Source: Ramazzottius varieornatus
Lineage: Eukaryota; Animalia; Tardigrada
Direction of reading: 5' to 3'
Length of the DNA: 64,000 nt
Assembly (NCBI GenBank): GCA_001949185.1
Contig: BDGG01000007.1
Location: 1 to 64,000 of the forward strand
Below are positions 40,774 to 52,351 of the stretch, one piece after another (within the stretch, counting starts at the first letter, position 1; each line of letters starts with the position of its first letter). The position numbers were made by a program, and so were the translations under genes. Under the pieces are notes generated by a model. That model saw only the letters and a program-made list of their open reading frames with translations, searched no databases and was not told where the DNA came from.

Positions 40774-41016
40774 CAGTGGATACTATAGGGTGTCGTCAAA
40801 GGTGTCCGACTAGGCGTGGCGGTTTCCGCGGCTCTGATTGGCTAAATCTGAACACTAACTACAACGGCTGATGGATCCAGTTGATCGGTTCATCTTGGTG
40901 GTCCATTGACTTGATCAATCAACCGTTGTAGTCAGTGTTCAGATTTAGCCAATCAGAGCCGCGGAAACCGCCACCCCTAGTCGGACACCTTTGACGGCAC
41001 CCTATAGTATCCACTG
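40774..41016. mobile_element. Almost fully palindromic hAT-type MITE
   Basis: CAGTGGATACTATAGGGTG... / ...CACCCTATAGTATCCACTG with ~105-bp arms. Perfect 8-bp TSD ACCGGATG (40766-73, 41017-24). Confidence 0.93.
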
Positions 41017-41049
41017 ACCGGATGCGCCGAATCCAGATGCACGTCCGTG

Positions 41050-43300
41050 CCAGCTTCGGATGAATCAGATATGAAGTGATGAGCTGGATTATGGAAACAT
41101 TCTTAATAAAGTATGGTGCTTCGGCAAAATCGATAAAACCCAGAATACTGTCCTCTGACGAGAAACTGTAGTTGTGGAAGAACGACGGTTAGCTGTGCTC
41201 GGGTATGAAGTGTAATGCAACTGTGTTACGGCTACTGGTTTCTCGCGTGCGCTCGGCCTTTCCAGTGGTCAGGACCACTCGCTAGTATACGGCAGAGCCT
41301 CTGAGCCATCGGCGCATGAATCATGTGAGACACTGGGTACTGACGCCATTCTTACGTCTAATAAGTGGGCAGTCCCACGAAAGCTCCAGCTCGAGTCATA
41401 GTGGATTGGCGGACGAATTGGGTTACGCGTGTACCAAAGCCGAAAACCTCAACGGACAAAGTGCCGGAACCCGGAAGGTCGGTACCTTTCCTGTCCAGTC
41501 GGTGTTGAGGCCTACGGAAGTTTTGCTCCATCAGCGGTGAGCCTGCTCAAGAAAGGGGGAAGAGAATACGGATCATACCGAAGAAAGATGGTGGCAGATT
41601 TTCTAGACGAATTATCAGAGTAGGTATACGCGGAAACACTGCCTGTGTTTCAGGAAACTTTCTTTTCCTGGCGGTTTCGGAGGACAGGTTCTAGCTATTC
41701 GTACCCAGAAAGCAAGAAGTGGTAGACTCCCTGTTGCTTGTTCGCAGTGAACATGCATATGACATACATGGCTAATCAACAAACGTTAAAGACAATTAAC
41801 TAGTCTCGTCATTTCGCTTTATATTATCACATTTTCATGTACACGAGTCGCGAACAAGATTCCGTTTTGTGGGAACCAACAAATTGCCAGCTTGCTCAGC
41901 GCATGAAACAAACGTGAACTGGACACTAATGGATGACGGGCTGGAGGAACCGATGCAAGCAAAAACAAGTAAGATCAAGTTGCTACAACCGGAACTTATC
42001 TTGTTTTATGCTCGCCTGGCCCTCTTTCTCGTGAAAGACTGCCTATGTTTCCCCAATGCAAGCTTCTCTAAATTCTGCGGTGCTCTCAGGTCTGCAAGGT
42101 TCCGTGAGTGCTACAGGAAATTCGACGAGATATTCCGAGAAAGTGGGGCGGCAATCACGAACGTCGAGATGACTACCGGCCATGGTGACAAACAGCACTG
42201 CGGAAGTTATCAGTAGACAATCAAACACCCGGTTATGTCAATGCGGTGGTGATTTACTGGTGTGATGACATATTAATAGTTCGCAGGAGTCCCAGGGCCG
42301 ACGCGCCCTATATCGAATGGATCACACTTTTGCTTATGGGACGGCCATGGTGTCGAAACATAAAAATATTTTGATTTGATTGATGAATCACAGTGGAGCC
42401 ATAAAACTGTACTGGTGCCACAACACTTTCGTCAGAAAGTGATCAGAATCCGAAAGCTGGTTCCGGATGCTGACCAGTCGACGTATGCTAGAAGAAGCTT
42501 AATTCCGTATCACCACGTCAAACATTTTCGCTCGATGGTTATCAAGATGCACCGGTATTGTTCGCACAGTCGGAACTTACAACAAGAGAAGAAGGGCAAA
42601 AGTTTTGGTTAATAAGTAAGCGAGAATTATATGAGCAAGACTAAGCTTGATGTTGTATGAGCAATCTTGCTTGATGTTGTTGAGAAGGTCCAGGTCGTCA
42701 GAGTCCATTCGGAACAAATACATCGCTCCAAAGTTGCTGTACTACCATTCGTCAACATTGAACAGCTCATGACCCGTACTGATTTCTATTTCCTCACTTT
42801 TCAACCTGCGTTTGGTACCGCGGAAAGCAATTCCCTGTCTGGCTAGAAGTCCGACGATTTTTGATGACGGAATCGAAACGGAAACCTTGTGGCTTTTCTT
42901 GGAATTAAGCGGTAACATGTTGGATTCTTTGGATGCAAGAGCATTTGCTGTCGCTCGGATATGATAATGTCGGTTGGCTTTCCTACCTGCGTTCTCGGGA
43001 GCCTGGTAGAAATTTGTGATTGGAATTTTGACAAACTCACCGACTTTCTTGGTCGCGGGTACCCCAACCGTGAAACTCAGCGCGCAGTAACGGCAGTAAG
43101 CTGAACGTGTGTTCTTGGACCATTCCAGCCTAGCTAAACACTGCAGATGCCCAGCTAATGCGCACCGAAAGTGTTTGCTGGTGCGCCTCTCCAAGTGAAG
43201 CAGCGTTGTCAACGCCAAGACTGGCCCTAACACCCCTCTGTTTTCCGACCGAAAACGCTAAGTTTTTCGGACATTCGTTCCACTACACTGGTTGGGGCGG
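41050..43300 (-). pseudogene. Decayed hAT transposase of the ZMYM1/THAP12-like (TTF zinc finger) group
   Basis: RLEWSKNTRSAYCRYC (TTF-type finger) and LLARQGIAFRG motif. Downstream sequence is broken by stops. The 3' limit is approximate. Confidence 0.65.
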
Positions 43301-43716
43301 TGGTTGGTGGGAAATAAAGCCCGTGTTGGAGACCAATATCCTAAAGAACATGAAGTCGGGTAACAGCGATTGGCAAAAAAACGCATTCTCTTATGTTGAT
43401 ACCCGTCTGACCAATGAAGTGTGAGTCGGACCTATAGATAAGTGCTGTTTCACGATTTCTTTTATCGATGCGTTGATTAACGCTGTGATCTCCACCACTG
43501 GTTGCCAAAGACTCAACAAAGATGTTGCGTCCAGTATACTTTTCGTAATGACTATTTCAGAGAATTTCATGTCTCACACGCAAATACAGCTGGCGATGAA
43601 GCTCCTATGGCCACAGCCCAGAACTGTAAATCAAATTCTTTTACTACTTCTACAATGTGTTCTTTTACTACTTCTACAATAGCTTTTGAACCGTGAGGAT
43701 ATGTGCACTCCATTTA

Positions 43717-46369
43717 CTAACACCACATCGCAGTAGTTTGCGCAGGTACAGCAGCAGAGGGAAAGCCGAACCCGGGGAAAGGTATAGTTGAATATACCAT
43801 TGGCTGTAGGACAACAACTCCGCCCAAATCTTTGCCAATCACGTTAATGATTTCAGCAGGCGGGCTACTAAATCCAGAAGTATCCAGCGTGTTGGTTCGA
43901 TAGACAGCCGTCCATGATCCCAATGCGGGTATTGAGTTCCCTATAGCGCCACTGACGTACAAAGGGGTCACTGGATCAGAGTCATCATAGTACGTGATGC
44001 CCGATGCTGAAAAAGATTCGCTAGAAGAGAGTGAATGCTAAACTGTACCATGCAGTCCGAACTTACAGTCAACCGTGTATGTTGTAGCTGGCCAGGTGGG
44101 GGACGCACCCGGGTTACTGACAGTTTCAAATACTGAGGTCACGGCGCTGGCCGTTTTTGTCGCAGTTTCTGTCGAGCAGCTGGTGCCGGTACACACGTAC
44201 TGCGTACCAGCCTATCAACAACCAGATAACAAGTCGGGTCTTGCACACGCAGGCCAATCAGAAAGCGGGACACAAGACAGAGTAGCGATACCTGTGTGAG
44301 GATGCGAAGCTGGGTAGCGCTAGTCTGCCAGACGGCCTGCAGTGGGCCAGTGACACCGCCGGAAAAGAGATCGGATATTTGTATCGCAGCTCCCTTCTTC
44401 TTGTTGGTAACCGGGTCAAGTTCTTGTGCGCACATCCCTGGGTGCAAGACGAACAACAGTGCAAGGGCGATTCTTCGTACACCATTAGAGGTTCGCGATA
44501 CTAGCGATGGTCATATCTACAAACCTGCAAACACCATTATTCTGCCGTCCACAAGCCTGGTCGCTTCATCGGGATAGGTACTGCAGATGTCCGTAAGGCA
44601 AGGTGCCACTGCAAAAGAACACGAATTTCGCGTGAATATAACTGCACCTTATACAGCCCTCGCGTTTAGAGTTTGTACGCGAAATCAAACATGCAACCTG
44701 TAGGTCAAAACACCACCCAAGTCAGAAAGTTTTCTGAAAAGAGGCTCCGAGCAACCGCAGGGATGATGGAAAGTGTGCTTCGATTTCGTTATTCGTCTCC
44801 TAAGTTTGTTTACGAGGAAGCTCTGGGCCGACGTGTTACGATCGTGTTTGGCCAGCCTGACCCCGGGTGTTTAGTTCGGAAAACGGCCAGTTTCTCTCAG
44901 AAGAGACCACGAGAGAGAGATGCGGATACCAACAAAGTGTACCTGAATTCGTCATTTGCAAACGTGGAAAAACGTTTTGATTAGGGCTAGAGACAAAAAA
45001 AGCTGTCTGGAAATTTGAGCATAAAATGGCACTGTTCGTGAGACTTACGGGTCGTTGTAGGACCAGTGGTTGTAGTGGCAGGGGTTGTCAGAGCGGTTGT
45101 CAGAGCGGTTGTCAGAGCGGTTGAGGTTGTTGGTGTCTGACTGGCACAGCTAACTAAACATTTACCGAGGATAAAGTTCTGAGTATATTATAAGATCAAA
45201 TGCTATCGACAAATTCGCTTACTGTTTGCACAGAGGGAAGGGTTACATCCGCGCATCATGCTGATTAGTTGGCAGTCGGTGGTACTCAGCGTGCACAGCT
45301 TGGGAATGAAGCCCGGCAGCTTGCCGGCTGGAATGGTGAAGGCCGGAATACCCGTCTTGGCGAAATCTGTCGGCTGATTGTGCGTGATTGAGCAGTAGTC
45401 ATAGGGGAAACGGCTCCAGTAGGCCTGCGTTGCAGTGTACTTCGTATAAGCACCCTGTAACGGAGCAATCCTGTCTGACAACCTTAGTCTCAAATTCTTT
45501 CAATTCCAGTTTGTTTTTGTGCCTTGACTTCTTTTTGACCTATTAATACCTTCCTGACTGTCGGAAAGAACATTAGTTTACCGGAACCGCCAAGTTTGCG
45601 TCGGACTGGACAGTGATCCAGCTGTCGCGGTCTCCACGCTGATGCTCATTGCGTTTGCCCAAGCAGATTGCCAGGTACTTCATGATACTGCAGTAAGAGT
45701 CCAGACAGCCGGTAGGTCCTCGCGCCAGCGACACGATCTGCTCTGTGCCCGTTTGGCGCGCCGTTATGTTGACGCCGGGGACAGCGAAACAGTACGTCTG
45801 AGGCGGGCTACCTCTGTAATCACCAGGACAATTCGATGCATGGTAATACATGTTGAATTAAAGGTCACTTACGGTCCTCCAGTTAACGGAGTGAACTTAA
45901 TTTTGAAGAGGGAGGAACTGGCCGGCACCGGACTAAACGTGACGCAGGAGCTCAAGGAGGCGGTTATGCTATTGATGGCCTGGTTGATCATGTTTACTTC
46001 AGCCAGTGCTGTGAGAAGACGTATAAGATTACCGTTCTTCTGAAAATTATTCAGAATCGCCGTAACGAAAACTTTATTTTCCGGCTTCGTGAGTGATTCA
46101 TTCATGGGCCTTAGCACGATAAACAATGTGGTTTAACTTACTGAAGGCGGGGTCCAGATAGTAGTAGACTGGATTGCCCCACCGGGCGAAGGCCGCGTCG
46201 GCATTCGTCGTTCGCAACTTTTTGTCGTCTGTGAAAACTTTCAGAATCAGGCACCAGATATAAAGCTAAGCGAACTCCAGATTGACTTTCACTCACCACA
46301 AGATCCAAGAGCGCACATGAGAACAAGGGTCAGAAGACCGCAACCATACATCGTCGCTCTTGACGCCAT
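43717..46369 (-). CDS. Secreted pseudo-astacin + Thr-rich linker + hemopexin-like domain (10 exons: 46297-46369, 46142-46228, 45873-46008, 45582-45813, 45223-45454, 45049-45153, 44525-44608, 44292-44437, 44067-44211, 43717-44006; 509 aa)
   Basis: Signal peptide. Astacin hallmarks WGNPVYYYLD, SCVTF, GC...EHQRGDRDSWITV, PYDYCSITH, LSTTDC...MRGC. All ten exons join in frame (1530 nt). Confidence 0.8.
45087..45122. repeat. 12-bp coding tandem repeat (GTCAGAGCGGTT x3), encoding TALT repeats in the linker
   Basis: Directly visible. Confidence 0.9.
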
Positions 46370-47155
46370 CCTGAAGTAGCGGTCTAATACTGAAGTCGAA
46401 CAGTCACACTCGAACACTGAATTGAGAACTTTTGTGGAATTTTGGATATTTTAGGGAAGGTGCTTCATTCTTTCGCCAGATGCATCCAGATGTGAAGTAC
46501 CGAGCACTCCTAACATCCGAAAGATTCTGTGCACCCTCAGCACTATTCCGTTAGATTTGGCATAATGGGAATATTAAATGTGCATGTGACGCCCTTTGAC
46601 TTGGTAAGATAGCATTCTGATGCAGCGGGCTGCTGGAATGAGACTGATTAACAGTCAGATTCATTTTATCCTGCATGCTCGGAGAATTTAGATTCGCACT
46701 CCTTCATTAAAAAATTCTCGGTTATTGGTAATCGATTGCTTTAAAGGCGCTGACGAACTGTGATTTTGAGCATGTGTTCTCCAGTATAACTTGCTTTCGG
46801 CAGAATCAAGATGCATCCTCAAGTTTGCGTGCGATTTTGCGGTTTTTCGCCGATACGTGAAATTCTAGGTACTGTAGACTGAAGAACTGCTACGGAAGTT
46901 CGCAAAGCGCGTATGGCAATCGGTTGTTCTGAGTTCTGCTGTTGACAGTACCCACAGTCGACTCGTTGGGTTAATCGTTTTTGACTTCAGGAGGACATAC
47001 AACAGTCCATCAATCAAACTATCACACTCGGAAATAACACATTACGTAACATTCTTCGTACGGCTTAAAGATTCAAACATAATTTAATAAAAGAAGGTTG
47101 CTCTGTGTGGAACATTAGACTATGACCGATACTGTGAGCAGATGCAGCAATTTCC

Positions 47156-48879
47156 TCAATGGCTCTTTTCAGGATCTTGACGACTGGAAATGAAGGTTGA
47201 CATCTCGTTGCTTTCGGACTGACTGGCTACACTCTCGGGCCTCTTCAACACCCGGTCACACATGGCTCTGGCAGCATCCCGATAATCCATGTTGAGCGCA
47301 AAGAAGATCAGCTGCAACAATAAACACAATAGACAGTGGGTGTGCTTGTCTGAGCGCGTCTTGCCGTCACTGCAGGCAGCCTCCTCGGCTACCGAAATAA
47401 CTTTCCGGAGACGCGTGGAGCAGCTCGATAGTGTGGGTGCGAGTTGACTCGTTCTGACTTCCTGAGCGGTTTTACTGCTTCCCGCTCATTTTACACCAAA
47501 TTTCGCATTGAAATTGGAAATATTATCCCATGCAGTTGTTCACAACAGAAAACTTAGGCCTGAGCAGACTCAATGTAAATTGCTGTTGATTTACTCAGCG
47601 AGCGTAAAGTTTTCTCAGAAGTTTTCAAAGCTGAGCTAAAGCGCCGGGGGTGTTTCAAAATAGTACGTGCCAGCACACGAGCTCTGCTTAATGATGCATG
47701 GAACATAATAGAACAAGATCCCGGTTCCACTCCCCGAGTCCCTTAAGCGAGAGGCACAAGCCTCTGTTTACCTAACGATGCAAATGTCATAGCTCACCGG
47801 ATTCGCCGCATAACCACACAGAAAGACCGTGCGGAGCCATAACTGCATGACAGGATCTTTCTTCAAGGCATCATTAAAGGCCGTGATCAATATCGGCAAT
47901 GGTAGTAAGCAAGCCAGATACCACAATGCCGACACAAACAACATCCGGGCGACGACAATGCGTCGCCGGAGCGTCTTCCGGTCCTGCTCGATACATGTGA
48001 CGTCTTGTCTTGATCGATGGATGGTCCGAATAAAAATGGTGAAATATAGGATAAATATGAGAGACAGTGGAATGTAGTTGCCGATCGCCGTGGCGATGGT
48101 CAGGGCAGACTGACTCTGCGCGCCTATCTCACAACGGTAGAACGGAGGTTTCGGCTGCGAGACGTTGTCGTCGGCGAAGAGCTGCGACGATGTCGCTACA
48201 ATCCCGATGAGCCAACTGAAAGAAACACAGCCAGGTCGTAAAACAGTCGTCAGATCCAGGTCTGGAAACCGACCAACTAGAACCAAGGTTCTATTCTAAC
48301 ACTTCGGCCGTGGTGGGCAAGTTCGTACGTATACGGCTGCTGTGAGCACTGTATCCTATTTCTTCCTTTGTATTCGTTAGTCCTATACCTTGTGACGATC
48401 ATGGCTCGAAGGAGGTTCTTTCGTATCCACCATTTGTATTTTAACGGATAGAGGACGGCCACGTATCGGTTGAATGCCAAGAAGACTGCGAGCCAGCTGT
48501 TGGCATGGATGGTCGTAATGTACAGAAGGAGGTATGTTGGGCAGTGAATGCCGGTATGGGTTGCTTTGTGCTGATGGAAGTTGATGAACATAGATACGGT
48601 CTGCAGGGGACTGCACAAGCCGCAGATGATGCATTCTTGAATGATGAGGTGGATAATCAAGATGGAGGAACCCGTTTGAAAGTCCTTTCGTTGGGCGATT
48701 ATACGGAGGAGGAGGAGGAAGAGGGTCGTGCTCGTTATGCAAATTAGCATGGACACCGCAAACCAGATCTCGAACCACAGTACGCCGTAAGGGGATAATT
48801 CAATTGAATCATCGATGTCATCAAGTTCAGTGGAATTGGGAGCAAAGCTCGATAGTTTGTCCGTAAAATAATCTTCCAT
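47156..48879 (-). CDS. Class A GPCR (exons 48389-48879, 47798-48215, 47156-47311)
   Basis: AFNRYVAVLYP, ACLLPLP in TM6, and ANP|LIFFALNMDYR in TM7/H8. Exons join in frame. Confidence 0.88.
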
Positions 48880-49849
48880 GTTTCCCCGCACCAGTATGGA
48901 CTGCGAAGTGACCATAAAGCAAGTAGGAAAAATCATTAATGATACGGATCAAGTACGATTTAATGGGCGATGCTTCGCCGTGGGACTTCCGGGGTGACAC
49001 GGGTGTCAAATATCGATGGGATGTTGGGTTGGAAATCGATAGGGGAAATTTCAATCTTGCTGCTCGCTGTGCAATCAGATGGAGGTAAGAGATAACAAGT
49101 GGGCGGATTGTACGCGTTGGATTTCCAGATGAAGTCCGAGGATGGATCGAAGTACTACTTGAGAAACAGTACATTGCCTTGAGATGACGACTGAGCTCAT
49201 CAGGAGGCGTGGAAGTCTTTGAAGCGCTCGGTCCGATCTGACGGGTGGTTCGCTTCCAATCTGAGGAGCCTCAGTTCCTCAAGTACAAAATGTTGGGAGT
49301 ATGATGTCACGTCTGACGTTGTCTCCAAACTCCGTCATTGTTGCGTCTTGGACAAGTTAAAATTGATAGAACTCCTGGGTAGAACATATGACTGTGTCCT
49401 CCGTCGGCTCGGTTTTGCTACAAAAACTTTTGCAGGACAAGTTATGCCAGTTTCACCTACAGTAATACTTAAGCAAAGCCATGTGTCTGCTGTTCAGAAC
49501 CGCGTTTTATTCCTGTCAATCATACGTCGGATGCTGGGAAGAATAAACATTTGATCAGGTGTACAGTCGATAGTCCTACCTTGCTTCCCTGCTGCCCCTT
49601 GCTCCTGCACAACTGGTGCTTCGAACGTATGCCAGCAGCAAAATTTTTTCTGCACGCAAAACTTTTCTGACATACTGTACAAAAAAAAATTCACAAGAAC
49701 TTTAGTCAAAGGCTCGGAACATTAAAACGCGCTCCAAACCGTGAAAGCGGTTGTTGTGAATCAGACAGCTTGATCCGAAAACCTGTATACAGCGCGAGTA
49801 CATCCCTGCTCTCCTTTCTGCTGACATAAAAAACTCGGGCGCTACCTTT

Positions 49850-50330
49850 ACCATCAGGGGTAGCACGTTTGGAAGGCGCAGGCTGCAGAAATCACGCATG
49901 ATGAATCCTCGCATCGGGTTCGCCCTGTGTTCCGAAGATCTACCTCGGCGCTTTCGGCAACCTTCTGATCATGATCGTCATCGTTCGAGGCGGCTGGTGG
50001 AAAAGTGGATGCTGTTTCCTGATCCTCGGCATAACCGTCGCCTACCATCTGACCACCCTCATCTTCTGCCCGCAACAGATTGTCAATACGCTGTATGGAA
50101 GAGTGTATCCTGGACAAATGCTACTTTGAAGGGCTCCCTTGGTGCGGATGGCGGTTGGGATGTGATGGCGGACATTGCGTCGTAACTGTGGAACCCAATG
50201 TCGTCGGCACCCAGCATTCCTTCCAATAACAGTTCCTTTCGCCACGGGATAAGACGGAAGAGCTCGAACGACGGGAAGCGTTTCTGAGAACCGCGGATCG
50301 ACGAATGGTTCAGCACGCGCACGTCGCTGC
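49850..50330 (-). pseudogene. Trehalose-6-phosphate synthase (GT20/OtsA) fragment, bacterial-like, decayed
   Basis: FPSFELFRLIPWRKELLLEGMLGADDIGFHSYD matches the GT20 FPS..FR.LPWR.E.L.G.LGADLIGFHT motif. Flanks are eroded and frameshifted. Confidence 0.72.
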
Positions 50331-50559
50331 GGTGGCAGCTACGAAGTAACGGGTAACAACGGTAACAAGGTAACTCGTACTGGTAACAACGGTGGCGGAA
50401 CGCAACTGTAAAAATGGCAGAAATAATTATGGAGTCCTATCTTGAATTCTATTGTGCTACCTTCCCATGGTACTGTTCGCTGTGTTCATTTACCACATTA
50501 TCCCGCAACGGACACTGCCAGTGTAACTGATCTTTGAGTACTACTTGAGTGCTTGTTTC

Positions 50560-51584
50560 AATCCGGTCTTGCCGAACTTAAATACTTGCGCACACTGGTT
50601 ATTTACAATATTTTTGGGGAGGTTGTGTACTGTATGATGAACAGCGAATATCGAACTGTTTATCGGAACGAGATGGCAAACTTCGAGAAGTTCTGGTCAA
50701 TTGTATGGAGAGCCGATCTGACTTGCCAACCGTATCTTTCTCATGCTGGGAAATGAAAGGAACGTCAAGAGACTGCTCGCACTTATTTTTTGATTTTTCT
50801 AGGACACATGGCGATTTCTGTTCTTGTTACTGTCTATCTAATAGCCCGAAATCAATTTTACCATGACACAAACCGACGTATTTCGACTGCTTGAGTTTCT
50901 CGCATTTTGTGTAATTCCAATGTAAGGCAACCGAACACCGTTTTCAGCCACTTGACGTCGGCAGACAGATTAAAGTTTTTCCGAGAAAACTGTTTTTTAC
51001 ACCCCGAGCTCGATTCTCCACAGCTGTTGTATAATGGGCACCGTGTCATGCTTGATCCAGAGAAACGGCTTACGTAAACTAAGCCTGGCCAACATCGTTC
51101 AACATCGTTGGCCAATCGTTTCAAAGTCATTGCCAACCGACCAGCTGGTATCATCATGAGCGCTACTTGCTGGTTAATCCCATACATGCTGTTCATCCTG
51201 CCGTTGGTGGAAGTTGTTGACAGATTTGGTATAGAGTCAAGATTTGGCGCGTGTACTTGGCTCGGATGGACCAGCTCGGAGGCTCTGGTTTTGAGTGTCC
51301 CAATCATCAGCGCCTACATTCCTACTATCATCATTTTCGGCTGCTACAGCGCCATCTTCGTATACCTTCGCGCCTCGGACCCACGAATGGCCTTGCACAC
51401 TCAGCAAGTAGCTCCGGTGACAAACGCTAGTGCCAAAACCAAGAGCTCGAGAGGTGTGAAAGTGGCAAAAATGATGTTGGTAACGTATCTCGTGTTTCTC
51501 ATGTGTTACCTTCCCATGAGGATCTACACTTCCACTACCCATGCACCCAAACCGACGGTTCAGAGGTGGTCGATCCCCAGATAA
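50560..51584 (+). pseudogene. Fragments of class A GPCR(s)
   Basis: 51108-51584 encodes TM3-TM6 (ANRFKVI...CYSAIF...VFLMCYLP) and lacks TM1-2 and TM7. A TM7/H8-like piece (VVYCMMNSEYR) lies upstream at ~50600-50680. Confidence 0.6.
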
Positions 51585-52351
51585 AAAAGTCAAAATAGTA
51601 AGACACTGGAAGTGGATTCGATACACTACCGATTATTACTGGTGTCTAACATCCATCAGCGGTGTCTTGAAAATCTGGCAGGTCTACAACTTGTGTATTC
51701 TGCTCTCAGTGTCTTACTCGGACGTTTCAGTTGTACTGCGGGAATACGGCGAGAGACTGATTCGTGTATCCTCACAGGCGCTTTAAGTATGCGTTACATA
51801 GCATTACTGGAATGTTTTATGTCTGCTAAGAGCCAATTCGAACCCCACTGCGGGTATCTTACCGTTGCACTTTATGATTCTGACTACGATATTGAGCAAG
51901 AATTATTAAATTAAAAAACTGAGCCAGATAAGCGCTGTTTGAAACGTCAGGTGGTAGAATTCGGCAAATCTAAGGCAGTCACTGCGGCGGCATGGCCCTT
52001 CATCATCGGTCCAACTCCGCCCCTTGCCGCGCGAGATGGACGCGTCTCGAAATCCGAGAAAACATGTTGTGACGGACTGGTTGCGCAATCTTACGCTTTA
52101 TATCACTGAAACACTGTCGCGAACTGCAAAAGCACTAGGAAAGCTTCTCGCCGTTTTCTTTGTAGCTTTCTTAGCCAAGTTACGACTTTCATCATGTCAA
52201 CCCAGGAGTTCGACGAAGTTGGAGGGCTTCATCTCATGCATCTCAACATTCCGATAATCTTTACTATATTTGTTTATGGATGGAGAGTTTGTATGTTTAG
52301 TTGTCTCTTCTCTTAGACTTTGTATTAGTTCAGAACACTGTCGACCAGAAG

